DNA from: Isurus oxyrinchus
Lineage: Eukaryota
Assembly (NCBI GenBank): GCA_026770705.1
Contig: JANJGN010000034.1
Coordinates: forward strand, 11,160,001-11,224,000
Direction of reading: 5' to 3'
Length of the DNA stretch: 64,000 bases
Below are positions 49,590 through 62,961 of the stretch, piece by piece. Both the position numbers and the translations under genes were made by a program. Position 1 is the stretch's first letter. Each line of letters begins with the position of its first letter. A model generated the notes under the pieces. The model was not told the DNA's origin, ran no database searches, and worked only from the letters and a program-made list of their open reading frames with translations.

Positions 49590-49940
49590 CTATGAAAGGA
49601 GGTGACAATCGATTCGGGTAATGGTCTGGGAACCTGCGTTCGAATCCCACCACGGCGGATGGTGAAATTGAATTCAGTGTTTAAATTAAAAAAAAAACCA
49701 ACTGGAATTAAAAGACTGACCATGACCACGAAACCATTGCCGTGAAGTAACCGTGTTCTCTGCTAATGTCCTTCAGGGAAGGAAGTCTGCCGTCCTCACC
49801 TGGTCTTGTCTACATGTGACTCCAGGCTCACAGCAATGTGGCTGACTCTTGGAGATGCCCTTTGAACAAGGGCAATTAGGGTTGGGCAATAAATTCTGGC
49901 CTCATCAGTGATGCCCACATGTGTCATGAACGAACAAAAT
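49590..49940 (+). mobile_element. tRNA-derived SINE
   Basis: B-box gttcgaatcccacc, core ggaaggaagtctgccgtcctcacctgg, tail caagggcaattagggttgggcaataaa. Confidence 0.85.
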
Positions 49941-51052
49941 TAAATTGGATGGGGGGTGTTATTAAAGAGGACAAATGAGACGCTGCTTAAACAAATTGAA
50001 TTTGCCGCCTAAAGACTAGGGTTTATGGAAAGATTCTGACAGCCTTTCGCCTGCATGTTCACAATCGAACTTGACTGCTCCCTCAAAGCGTTGCTTTCAC
50101 TTTATACTTCACATAATTTTCACGCAGTGCTTGATGACTTGTGTTTTCTTTTGTTCCGTCACCCTATTTTCTCAGGCTGTAGTACATCGATTGATCTTCC
50201 AGCTTTAATTGCTGTGAAAAGGGAGGAGATGAGTATAAAATCTGCAAATGATGCTCAGCTTGTGTGAAATTCAATTAAACTGGAGTGACCTGGGGTGGTT
50301 GGAAAGCGCTCTAATATAAGCGATTATCATGGTCATGTTCCAATATGGGTAACCCAGAGGCAATGAGTTCAAACCACACAATAGGGGGTTTCCATATTTA
50401 ATTCAAGGACTTGGTAGTTTGCCGGCACCAGACAAAATGGAAGTTCTGGAAATTCGATCAAAGTGTTGGAAATGTCCTCGTGATTGAGGACGTTGCCTCA
50501 TTGGACCTTGGCCATAGCTTCCAGGGCTGTGGGTCAAGCGCTGGGAAATGGGATTGGTGTTGTCAGGTGTTTGTTGGCCAGGGCGGACAAGAAGGGCCGA
50601 ATGGCTTCCCTCTGTGCTGTAAACGTCTATGAGCCTACATTGAGGAATATCATCAACATCAAGTTGACCATTCAAACTTCTTTAAGATAAATTCGACTAA
50701 CCATTAATGGCTGCTTTTGTCCCCGTCTAATTGTTTTAGTAATTTGTTACTCGAAAGCTGAAATTTACCTCTCGAACCACATTACCTTGCATATTATCAT
50801 TATTTAAAAAAATCATGGTTAATCTTTGTTACATCCGTTGCTCACATTAAACATAATCGACTGAAGTTTGCCCACTTTTGCAACTTCTAACTCCCATCTG
50901 ATCTATTCACTGTCTCTCCTAGCCTGGTGCCAACCTGGACATTTAAGTCACCCCACCTTCATTTATAAATATAGCAAATGTTGAGATCCAAGAACAGATG
51001 ACTGCAAACGTAATCCCTTGCATCCCGGCATTCAGCACACCCATCCCCTACA

Positions 51053-51270
51053 GGGGGACGCAATGGCGTAGAGGTATCGTCACTGGACTAGTAATTCAGG
51101 CACCCAGCGTTAATGCTCTGAGGGACACGGGCGATTAAATAATTAAAATTCTGGTGGTGTACCAGCTAATGCGGCTGGCTGACTAATGCACCTTAAGGTA
51201 GGGGACCTGCTATACTGGTCTGACCAACATGTGGCTCCAGGCCTATATAGCTATAAATGCAAATTTAAAA
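51053..51270 (+). mobile_element. tRNA-derived SINE, partial
   Basis: Head gcaatggcgtagaggtatcgtcactggactagtaatt and core remnant. Confidence 0.6.
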
Positions 51271-51974
51271 AAAAACTTGTCTCTCTCCCATCTAGTTCCC
51301 AAACAGTTGTTTACTATTCAAGTCAGCAGCCAGTCACCAATCTTGTGCAACATGTCCGTTGCTCATATGTAGCTGTGTAATTGCCATCAGGTTCTCGGAA
51401 GAAGTGGCAATAACTGAAACTTTTCCAGTAACATTAGAAGAAAATCACATCATTACCATATATGAGTCTCGATCCGGCGACTTCCCAACTGCTTTCTGTA
51501 ATTGTAGTTATATGAGAAACACATGAATATATAAACACTTCACCATTACACACGACACCAAGAATGTACTTGAATGTGAAATTTTGATATAAAAGTCTGA
51601 CCAAAAATGAAAAACAAATCGACAGACCGAGCCTGCCTGCAGAATATTTGTCGTAATATTTCCCCATATCTCAGAACTTTCACAATTCTCTTGATGCTGC
51701 TGCTTTCATTTATTTCGCAATGTTTTTTGTGAGGAAAATAACAGACTCTAAATGCTGCATCTCAAAATGTAGACGGAGAAAATTCTCTTGGGAGATAGGA
51801 CAATACAAGTTGTATCTCATGGGCTGTCTCTTATATATTCTGTCTGAGAATCAGTTCCTTTGACTTCCATAACCTTAGCGTACCCTTCAGGCGAGTTCCT
51901 ATCCTAGTATACAAGACTGATTTCTGTTGCCTAGCTCACAATTGAATTATATTATTGACCGTTTGCTTTATTAT

Positions 51975-52370
51975 TCCAATTTTTTGCAAAAAAGCTTTAT
52001 TCATAAAAAACCGGAAATAACATTACATAACATTTCAACTTAGCCACTAAGGAACGTGCAATGGTTTTCGAATTTTCTACATAGGTCATGTTGCACTCTG
52101 AGGTGGTTCAATCCAATTGTGATACATGTAACATTCACAGCTTACATTCAATGTTAGTCACACAGCCCGAGGAGGCCTATATAATTCCCAACCCCTCTAG
52201 GCACTGTGTCTGAAAGGTATTAAACAGCGGCCTTTCCCCATTACGCCTCTGCGACTGTTGCCCCAATCTTCAGTGCGCCCCTCAGCCCGTAGTCCTGGAC
52301 TCTGGAATGTGCCAGTCTGCAACACTCGGTCCAGTGCAACTCTTTGCACTGGAAGACCAACAAGTCTCGG
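51975..52370 (-). mobile_element. L1/Tx1-like LINE extreme 3' end
   Basis: Minus frame reads RDLLVFQCKELHWTECCRLAHSRVQDYGLRGALKIG, recalled as resembling fish Tx1-clade ORF2 C-termini; ends in AATAAA plus an A-rich tail. Confidence 0.55.
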
Positions 52371-52414
52371 CCTCCATATACCCAAAAATGAAAAAAACAA
52401 AAGCAATCCGCGAT

Positions 52415-52572
52415 TCAGTCTATCTGAAAGCTCTTAACTACTACTGGTGTACAGGAGGCAGATAGAATCATGTACTCCATAAGAAGTGTACCAACCGCAG
52501 CGTTATCTGGGCTCTGAACGTTTTCGTACGTCGGTCCGGCGGACCTGGCCCCATGGGCTGTCCAAAAGGTTT
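52415..52572 (-). CDS. CEACAM-like receptor terminal cytoplasmic exon (TYENV)
   Basis: ttctctccag|AA, phase 1; TFWTAHGARSAGPTYENVQSPDNAAVGTLLMEYMILS...QID*. Confidence 0.55.
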
Positions 52573-53016
52573 CTGGAGAGAATTTCGAAATAGGCGGTTA
52601 ATTTCCCATGATATGTTCTGTCTGCGATTCAGTTACTTTGACTTCCATAAGCTTAGCATGCCGGTTAACTTCATTTCCGGAATGTGAGCGTGGCTGTCTG
52701 GCTAGGCCGGCATCTTGTGCCAGTCCCTAGTTGGCTCGCGAGGCCACGTCAGAGAGCAGATTTATAAGTGATTGGGACTGCAGACACATCTAGGCCTGAA
52801 TAGGCAATAAATGCAGGCTTCATCCCGTAATGGGCATTTGTAAACCTCGAGGGCTTTTACCCAACAGTTTCAGTAATTATTTTTACTGATGTCAGTGCTT
52901 TATTTTCAGATTTAAGAGCGGAGATATGAATCAAAAGCAGCAGATCACGACTTTATAGAATATTAAAAGCAGAGTTATTAAAGCAGAGAGAGTTGTAAAT
53001 GAACTACTTTACATAC

Positions 53017-53069
53017 CGTTTCCTGGTGAAGCCACTCTTATATTATTTTGTTGTGATCCACCTTTTGCC
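53017..53069 (-). CDS. CEACAM-like receptor short cytoplasmic exon
   Basis: ttcatttag|G...AACG|gtatgt; 53 nt, phase 2->1, bridging the TM exon and the terminal exon; AKGGSQQNNIRVASPGN. Confidence 0.6.
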
Positions 53070-55488
53070 CTAAATGAACATTACACAACAGTCTTGTAGA
53101 TTACTCAGCAAAATGTTTTATCTTGTAACTTACATTCACTGAATACGATTCATAACCAAGGCAAGCACTCGATTTATCAATGCCCTCAGAATATTACTGA
53201 ATTATTAATGAAAAACCCCTAGATTTTGGTGACTGGAAATAAAGGTCGTGAATACAGAAACAGGTGTTTCTAAAAAAAAATGATATTCGCAAACCAGAGT
53301 TCAAACATATTGCTGAGGCTGAATGCATTAAGTAATGTTGACAAGTGGCTTAGAACTGTATATACATTATGCACAATTCACTGCTAGTACTGCGGATGTT
53401 TCTGTTTATTTAGTGATGACAAACATGCCCGCTACCATTTCAGGTTATTACTTTACAGAGTCAAAGTCAGGCAATTACTGTTAACCTATTAATGCAGAAT
53501 AAAATTTCATATTATAGGTTTATATGTATACACCTATTATATACAGTTACAATACTGTACCACTTATCTATTGAACCGTCTTAAAGCTAACACAACATAA
53601 TGTAAAGCCAGGCATTTTAAAATAGCACAAAGAGAAAAATCGTGAGGTGCTCATAATTGATAACCATGTTAGAATATTAATCATGTTAAATCCTGCACCC
53701 AATAGAAGTGCGTTGGAACAATGGTAATGACATTTCAAATATATCCTATCTTAAACTGGCTGCATGCAAGATAAAAGTGCTTCTGTTCACTTAATGCTTA
53801 AATCTTAAGCCTAATGCATTAGTTTGTTCCAATCACTTTTCTAAAATTTAGAGTACCACTACTATATTTTGGTTGGAATAACTTCAATACAAAACTTCAG
53901 CTTGAAAGAAAGGTGCTTCGAATTAGTAAATAGGTAACATAAATGAATGTCAAGAAGGAGAAAGCACTTAAAAATAATGAAAACTCAATTTCAAAGAAAT
54001 ATAAGCAAGTGGAAAGTGGAAACAAAGGGAGACGGAACCTCTGATTTCCAGCACTTCACCATTTTTCTGTTTGTGCTATTTTCAAATGCCTCACTTTACA
54101 TTATGTTTGCGCCAGCTTCAAGGTTGTTTAATAGAAAAGTGACACAGTATTGTAACTACCGACACAATTAGGCAAATAAGATATAAGATCTGAAAAACTG
54201 ACACAATGTTAAAATGCTAAATCAAATGTTAGCTGTTGCCTATGAACGACTTTAGTGACCATAATGACGCAAACGGGTGATTTTCTTGGTGATGGGAATG
54301 AATGAGTAAGGCAAACAGATATGACACCCAATAAAATTGTACACAATGCTATTATTTTCTCCTGTTATTCACTGTTGCTCAGTCAACCTGTCAGAGCAGA
54401 CCAACGTTTTAGCAATTTACAATCTTAAGCACAGTGCTGGCATTGATCTGCACGACTATCTGCTCCCACTGGTTCCACATTGTCTATATGAAATGCCTCA
54501 AGGACCCCTGTGAGAACAGAACATGTCTGTTCCTCTCCTCGTGTACTAAGACCACCAACACTGCATCAGAGGACCTTCGTGCCTGCTGTCTGGCATGTTG
54601 TGCCATCCTTGTATCTTTGACAGTCAAAGTCACTTCTGCAATTAATTCGAGTACGTGCTGTCATTAAACTGCACCTCTACTTTAAGGGGTACAGTCTGCA
54701 CTTAATTAGCACTTTAATTAACACAAGCTGGCTTGAATTAGTGCATGCACTTGGGCCCCATGTTGGACATGTAACCACTCAAAAGCAAGTTCAGTGGTGG
54801 GCTGCATGCTGTAATCATGTAAATTAAAAGGCAGCTCAAGGCTTGCATTGGAAGAAGCTGGTGTCGGTTGATTGCGCATTGTGATCTCTCTGTACATTGC
54901 TGCACTTATCCAGTTTCTAGGTCACTCTGCTTAAAAGACCTTTGTTATCATCCTATTAAGTGCATGTTCCTAGCCTTAACAGGGACATAGGAACAGGATC
55001 ATTCATTCACTGTTCAGTTAATCAGTTAGAGCACAACTGTTATATTAAGTGTGGGGTTGACCGGCCATCGGCAACACGCTGACGGCCCCGTTATCTGCCC
55101 TTGAATTGCACCTTTTTTTTCTGGAAATTGTCTGTGTGGCTGTTTGGGATGGGCAGCCAGGTTAATTTGAGCCCCGCTTTCGGTTAAGTTACCCAATGGT
55201 GGTACATGGTTGGGGAGACTCCACCCACCCCGCCCGCCCCACCCCCTCCCCGCTCCCCACCACCGCCCCCCCCCACCAACCCCATCACCCCGACCCCCAT
55301 CTCTACATAACCCCCCCCCCCACCCGCCTCCTGGGGAGCAGTAAAATTCATCCCATATTGTACAAATTGTGACATTTAGAACATGAAATAGAAATTAATT
55401 CTGCAAATAATCTGTTTAATTTCAGGGTGCCACTTCTATAGGCTATTATTAACAAGTTGTTCATAAAATTTGATGATAGTAGACTTAC

Positions 55489-55603
55489 CTGCTTATTTTC
55501 TTCCTGATACCCCATGTAGTTATCCCAATGATTACAGCAAAAATTATGATCACTATGCCTATTATAATTCCGACAGAGGAGATGTTTTCTTTGTTAGTTA
55601 TTT
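55489..55603 (-). CDS. CEACAM-like receptor transmembrane exon
   Basis: attttcttacag|AA...AGCAG|gtaagt; ITNKENISSVGIIIGIVIIIFAVIIGITTWGIRKKISR. Confidence 0.82.
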
Positions 55604-55754
55604 CTGTAAGAAAATAATGAACACTATGAACTTATATTAGAATAACATGAAATAAGGAATACATATTGATCTTGCTCTAGAATTTTATTCCTTTAGTTTT
55701 AAGAATTAGAAAGGGTGAATAACTCCCACATAGACAAATGATGTGATCAACTCA

Positions 55755-55980
55755 TTCACAGAATTATACAGTGCAGAAGAGGACCTTTGGCCCATCGAAT
55801 CCCCACCGACAGGTGAGCAACACCTGACCTACCTATCTAATCCCATTTACCAGCACTTGGCCCATAGCCTTGAATGTTATGAAGTGCCAAGTGCTCATCC
55901 AGGGACTATTTATAGGATGTGAGGCAATCCGTCTCCAGTACCCTCCCATTCCAGACTGTCACCATCATCTGGGTAAATTA
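55755..55980 (-). mobile_element. CR1-type LINE 3' end fragment
   Basis: Reverse complement of a CR1-like 3' UTR. Confidence 0.6.
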
Positions 55981-56859
55981 GATTTTCTAATTAAAATTAA
56001 TAAGTAGGCTCAGCAGGTTTTACATATACCAATAAAATATCAGCACCACCAAGTTTGACATACATGACCCTTATAGCAGAAAGCACATTTAACTGAGTTA
56101 GGGGTTCATGTAATGCATCACAATTTAAGACACCTAAAGGGGATATTGTAAGGAATAACGTGAAATAATATGGGGAAATGGGGAGGAACTACACGGCAAT
56201 TAATCTGCAGCACTTCTGCAGTAAAAATGCTAATAATGGCTAGCTAACGCTTTGCCTTTTCCTTGTCCGGAATTCATGACTGAAGAACAATGAGTGAAAT
56301 TTTTGTTCTTCAAATAAGACCCATCCCTATACGAGGATCTCCATTGCCGAGGTTGTGGTAGGAAAGACGTTTGACTGTCCAGCGCAAATAACGGAATGAT
56401 TGTCTTTCAAATCTCGCCTAGGAAAACTTGATGCATGTAAAGAAATTTGCAATTTTGCCTGTGGCATTGAGATTCTTGTTCCCTTGTCTCTGGTTTGATA
56501 TTTTGAAATTGAGGATGAAGACCCTTCCAAATAATTGCCTGTAGAACACGCTTCAATGGACATGAAAATTGAATGACTTTGTATAGCTCTCGCTGAACTG
56601 CTTTGTCACTTATATCCCTAGGCAGCCAGTTGAATAACTACCCTCTTGTCTTGGTTAATTATACAGAGGAAAGAATGGGCTATGTCGATGGGATTAGATG
56701 AAGGCAGATGGGAGGTTGTAAGTGCATGAGCATGTTCGGCCAAATGTTATAATGTTACACTGCAAAAGTGTTGTAAATACTTTGTCACATACTTCAGGTG
56801 ATTACGCTATGATGGAAAGCTGTTATCCATCTGTATAGTGCATTGTATTAAGTAATATA

Positions 56860-57520
56860 TAGTGTGCCATGTTCATGCATTCATGGGAAAATGCACTAAT
56901 GTGAAGCTGGCAGGAGCAGTTGAGAGGGCAATTAATTTAACACAGGACATCCTAGGCCTTGTCAATAGGGGCATAGAGTACAAATAAAATGATGCTTACT
57001 TAAAGTTGTACAGGACAATGGGTCGGCATCACCTATAGTATTGTTTTGAAGAGAATGCAGAAAACGAATTCTGAAAATGACTACAGGGATGAGGAATATC
57101 AGTTACATACATAGGTTGGATAGGTTGGGGCAGTTTTGCTTAAGAAGAGAAGATTGAGAAATTTGATAAAGGTACTCAAAAACATGATGGGCCTGGACAG
57201 AGTAGATGGAGAATAAAACACTTTCAATAGTTGAAGGGTCGAGAAAAAAATGCATAGATTTGAGCTAATTGGCAATAAAAGCAATGAACCTATGAGGAGG
57301 AAAGTTTTCACACTGCAAGCGGTTAAGGTCTGGAATTCACTCCCTGAGAGTATGGTTGTAGCATGTTCTAGAGGTAATTGCATTATTATCTGAAAAGGAA
57401 GAATGCACATGGCTACAGGCAGGCGGCCAGGGAGTGGTATTAGGTAATTGGCAACTTTGGAGAGGCCCCGCAGACACCTGAAAGACCCCTTTCTGTGCTG
57501 TAACCATTATAGTGTGGATC
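56860..57520 (+). mobile_element. CR1-type LINE 3' fragment (decayed)
   Basis: tggaattcactccctgag (WNSLP) and related remnants. Confidence 0.7.
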
Positions 57521-59049
57521 TAGGATTCCCAGCAGATTTGATGCTCCAACCACTGAAGAGAAGCAATGACAATATTAAGAGAATGCTGGTCCAGCTTTAT
57601 AGCCAAAACAATATCGGACAAGATGAATAAATAGTTCTCTAAATGGCAAAATGCTCTAGTCAGACCATTCTTTGAGCACTTCTGCAGTTCTGAAAACTTG
57701 ATACACAGGGGAATTTTAAAGTGTGAAAGACAGAGTAGGGATAATCCACGATTATTATGAGGCTGACCCATAATAAAGACAAAGAAAAAAACTCGCCTTC
57801 AGGTTTAAAATGGATCTAAGAGGCGAGCTTACTGGATTATAAAAATAGTGCATTGTATTGGAAAAAAGTCCAGAAAATGTAGTCGCAGATGAAATCTAGT
57901 AAAAGGCAACAGGAGGAAGGGTTAAATTATAAAAAAAGCACATTGAGAAGGAACATCAGGGATGTATTTCCTACATAAATTGAACAACGTGCAGCAGTCC
58001 CACAAAGAGCAGTAAAGGACAAATTTTAGATGTGACATCGCACATAACCAGTGATTAGTTCTGAGGCCAAGAAGTTAAGGGGAGAAAGAGAGCGAGGGAG
58101 AAAAAAAGATACAGTGGAGATGTGTGGAGAGGGGAATAGGTAAGTAGTGCACATTTTAACGGAGAGACATTGTTCATTAATGGCATTAAAAATCTGTAAT
58201 TTAGCTGTGTCATTTGAAACAAAATCGGTAAAAGACGCGCGCGTTTTGTTGTTCTTTTACATTTTCTACCTGCTCTCACTTGGTGATATGCTAAGTCAAA
58301 AATATTGAAACCAAGAGCAATGTGCTACTGAATACAATGCATTATTCAATACGACGAATAATGTTACATTCTTGAGAGGTTTCTACTGTGTGCTTCTAAT
58401 GAAGTAGTTAGCTTGATCTGTCCCCATCAGACAAAAGATAGAGTTGGGAAGTGGATTAAACAAGAACTTAATGAGATCAATTTCTCGTTTGGTAGTAAAG
58501 AACTTGATTTTTGCCGAATAATAATATTTTTTTTCGAAGCTTTTGCTCCTACATTTAGGAAAATTTACAAGAAAACATCAACTTCAGGGGAAGAGACATA
58601 TTTATAATGTATGAGAAGGGAGTGCAGATTGGTTGGCAAGTGGACTTTGATTGGTAGGGGCGTTGCAATGGAGAATGCAAGGGTTGATTGTGACTGGAAG
58701 ATAACTGCCAAGCATTGTTTGAAATTTAAACCAAGCAGCTTAACTCTGATTGGTCAAGATATTCCCCTGAGGAATGAGTCAGCGAATGGCTGTCACTTAA
58801 TTTGATTAATTGGAACAGGTGCATTATGTGTGCACGTTTTTTATGCCTGCAAAGTGCAGGACCCTGTGTGTTAGAATATGTAGCTTCCAGTACACGTAAA
58901 TGCACCAGACACTGAGCTCGACTGACAGTCTTAAATTGGTCGCCAGTGTAATTCTTAGCACATTGAAGATTGTTTATCTAGTGATGTACAATCACGGAAT
59001 GACATCCAATACTGTGTACTGGGTTTTGCAAGCGTGGCCTGCTTGGATA

Positions 59050-60185
59050 CATCTGTATCTTGCCCAGTGACTGAGTGTGGCAACAAGAGGGCCGAGCGAA
59101 TCTGGAATCGGGGGGAATCTCCCCGGGTGTTGGAGTCATACCTAGCAGAAAGGAAGATGGTTGTGGTTGTTGGAGGTCAGTCATCTCAGTTCCAGGACAT
59201 CACTACAAGTGTTCCTTAGGGTAGTGTCCTAGGCCCAACCATTTTTCGGCTGCTTCATCAATGACCTTCCTTCCATCATAAGTGGGGATGTTCAATGATT
59301 ATTGCACAACGTTTAGCATCATTTATGACTCCTCAGAAACTGAATCAGCCCATGTCCAAATGAACATGTCCTGGACATTATTCAGGCCTGGGCTGAGAGT
59401 AGCAAGTAAAATTCGCACCATACAAGTGTCGGACAAGGACCATCTCCAACAAGACCGAAGGTAGCCATTGCCCTTGACATTCAATGGCAATATCATCGCT
59501 GAATACCCCACTGTCAACATCCTGGGGTTACCAGTGACCAGAAACTGAATTGAACTAGCCACATAAATACTGTGGCTGCAAGAGCAGGTCAGAGACTAGG
59601 AATCCTGCTGTGATTAACTCACCTTCTCATTCCACAAAGCCTACCCACCATCTATAAGGCCAGGAGTGTGATGGTGTATTCTCCGCTAGCTTGGATGAGT
59701 GCAGCTCCACCAGCACTCAAGAGACTTGACAATATCCAGGGCAAAGCAACCCGCTTGATTGGCACCCCTTCCACAAACATTCACTCCCTCCTCTGCTGAC
59801 GAACAGTGGTTGCAGTGTGTTTCATCTACAAGGTGCACTTCAGCAACTCAGCAAGCCTTCTTACACGACACCTTCCAAACACCTGACTGCTGCCATCTCG
59901 AAGGGCAAGGGCAGCAGACACTTGGTAACCCCACCACATGGAAGTTCCCATCCAAGTCACTCACCATCCTGACTTGGAAATATATCGACAGTTGCTTCAC
60001 TGTCGCTGGGTCAAAATCCTGGAACTCCCTCCCTAACATCACTCGGAGGATACCTACACCACAGGAACTGCAGTGGTTCAGGAAGGCAGCTCGCCACGAC
60101 CTTCTGAAAGGCAATTAGGGATGGGCAATAAATGCTGGCCCAGCCAGCGAAGCCATCATTCCGTAAATGATTTTTTAAAAAAATG
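59050..60185 (+). mobile_element. CR1/L2-clade LINE, 3' ~1.1 kb, sharing its 3' tail with the SINE family
   Basis: VP.GSVLGPTIF..FINDLP-like RT region at ~59210; tail ggcaattagggatgggcaataaatgctggcc. Confidence 0.8.
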
Positions 60186-61144
60186 GCTAATGAAACTGAA
60201 TGGTTTTTTTTGAACAATGAAGGGTATAAAAGGGGATGATGTTACAGAGCTTCGTGGCACTCCCAGTTTCTTGGTTTTCGCTGCTTCAGCACAGTTCTCT
60301 GTTCTTTCTACTCCGATCTTATGGCCCCATCACTATTCTGAACACTTGCCCTGTTCCACAGTCTTTGTCCCTGTGCTCTAACCGACTGCAATCTCCACAC
60401 TGAACCCTATCCCCCATCGCACCGGTGTCATCAGAGGCGTGCCCCACTCCCATCAGCAGTTCCATCCCTCACATCCCTCCTTGTCCACTCCCAGGGCCTT
60501 TCACTTATACGCCCCCTCGCTCCTATCATGATTCCCCTCCCCCACTCCTATCACCTGCTTCCTCCCCAATACCAGTCACCATTGCATCCCCCACTCCCAG
60601 GTCACTCCCCCACTGCTACCACCCGTCCACTCCCCAATGCTATCACCTGTTTCCTCTCTCCACCCCATAACCATTTCCATTCCCAGTCCGATTACCTGTC
60701 CTTTCGCCACTCCGATCCTTCGAGCTTCCTGCCAGCAGGAAACCGATGGAAAACTGCTGAAAACAGGGAAGAATCCTGATTCAAGATGGAGACTCAATCT
60801 AGAGGGCGCATGTGTCGCAACAACATCGGTTGCAGAGAATTGGATTGGCGTGGTTCAGGGAGATGTTTAGGCCCGGCCCACAGCCAGCTCCGTGCACTCA
60901 CAGTGACCAGTTCATAAACAAGCTTCCTCCCATTAAAGGGAGTTCGTCTTGTCAACTCAGCCAAGTACACTCAGCCCAAGCTCAGGGAGACTGCTAATGT
61001 AATCAGACTGCATCGACAAATTTTCCAGGGCTGAGATTGACAAGCTCATTGATACACAAGCTCCTAGCCGCATCCACATGCATTGATGTCAATACGTATT
61101 CGAGGTCCTCGGGCTCACGCGGTGAGAAATGACAGGCCACTTAC

Positions 61145-61462
61145 CAAGGACATGCAGAGTGATGGTTGCTGTTGTTTCTCCGCCCACATCTGGAGTCAGG
61201 CTAACAGTGTAGTCTCCACTGTCCGAAACTGCCACTGACTGCAGCAGGAGTGATCCATTAGGGAGGACTATGTTGGCCCGCCATCTGTAGTCATCATTTC
61301 TATCAACAGTTGTAGCAATCCACCAGGCGATCATCTTTCCTGCGAAGTTCCAGCTCCCGCTCTTCACCCGGGCTGAAGGATTCACTAAGAATAGAGCATT
61401 TCCTCCGACGGTCACATTAATCCATTTGTTTTCTATTAGGAGAGTAAAATCCCTGGGCTCAG
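61145..61462 (-). CDS. CEACAM-like cysteine-free V-type Ig exon (V1)
   Basis: tttcctcag|CT...CTTG|gtaagt; 318 nt, phase 1-1; INVTVGGNALF...W...YRWRA...PNGSLLLQSVAVSDSGDYTV. Confidence 0.85.
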
Positions 61463-61794
61463 CTGAGGAAAGAAACCCACACTGAGAAAAGTGGTCAAAC
61501 TCGACACAATACATACTTTCCTGAAGTAACAACGACGTAATCTCCTCATCTTTCTCTGACAAACTCTTGCTTTCTTACTTGTCCAGTCACTGAAGAAAAT
61601 GAAACGAGAAAGAGGTCCTCAACCACAGATGTCTATGAAGAAGCAGCCACCGAGGTAAGCGCCAGTCTCCCATCCCAAGAAAACCGCGCCACCTCCCCAC
61701 CTCTCTCTGTGTTCAATACGCTACAAAAAACCTCCATCTTCGTCCAAGGTTTAGTCACGTGACCTAATATGCTCGGGGTCAAATTTTCTTCAAT

Positions 61795-62560
61795 CACAGG
61801 ACATGAAGTGACTGTTCGTTAGGTTAAAGTAGCTCTAAAGAAAAGCGCAGCACAGAGGAATCTGGGTTTCTTGTGCATGAAACACAGAAAGTTAGCGTGT
61901 AGGTGCAGCAAGTAATTAAGAAGGCTAGTGGAATTTTGGCCTGTATCGCTAGGGGGGTTGAAGTTTAAAAGTAGCAAAGCCTTGCTACAACTGCAACGGG
62001 TGTTGGTGAGGCCGCATGTGGAGTACGGTGTACAGTTTTGGTCTCCGTATTTAAGGAAGGACATATTGGCATGGGAGGCTGTTCAAAAAAGATACTAGAC
62101 TGATTCCTGGGATGAAGGGGTTGATTTATCAAGAACAGCTAAACAGTTTAGGCCTTTATTCATTAGAGTTTAGAAGAATGAGGGGTCGTCTTTTTGAAAC
62201 AAGATTTCAAGGTGGCTTGACAGGGTAGATGTTGAGAAGATAATTCCACTAGTGGGGGAATCTCAGGTTAGGGGGCATAGTGACAAAATAATGGGACACT
62301 CATTTAAAACTGAGATGCGCAGGAATTTCTGCTCTCAGAGGGTAGTGAATGCTTGGAATTCTCACCCCAGAGAGTTGAAGAGGCAAGATCGCTGAAAGTA
62401 TTTAAAGAGGAGTTAGATCGATTGTTGAAAAACCGTGGAGCTGAGGGCTACGAGGAGCTGGCATGAAGAAGGAATTGACACCTGGGTTGGATCATCTATT
62501 GTTTTATTGAAAGGGGGGGAGGCGGTTTCGGGGCACTAATGCACTCCTTCTATTTATTTT
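61795..62560 (+). mobile_element. CR1-type LINE 3' fragment
   Basis: LVRPHVEYGVQFWSPYLRKD; ctcagagggtagtgaatgcttggaattc. Confidence 0.85.
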
Positions 62561-62961
62561 TCTTCTGTTTATACATGAATGTAAGTTGCTGTTGCTCTGT
62601 TAAATGGCTCTTTGTAAATGAAAGAATGACTGTAAAACACGGGGCGCGGGGCGGGGGGTGCTGGGAGAGGGGTGTGGAAATTCATCCTGACTCAGCACCA
62701 CAAACACTCTGCGATTACATTGCTCACTCTCCACTGCCACCACCTGTCCCCCCTACCCTCACTCTGACCACACGCTTCCCCAACCGCACCGACCACTTAT
62801 TTCTCCCACTCCGACCGCTTAACCTCTCCGCCACTCCGATCACCTGTCCTTCCCCCACTCCGAGAACTTATCTGCTCCCCGTTTGGATCATTTGATGCCC
62901 TTGAAAGGAGGAAACTGATGGAAAACGGGTGACAGCGGGGAGAGGAGACGATTCAAGATGC

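Noticed and set aside
61579-61589. 11-nt micro-exon candidate (cag|TGACTGGACAA|gtaag) upstream of V1
   Set aside because: No matching phase-2 leader exon found; cannot be supported without cDNA
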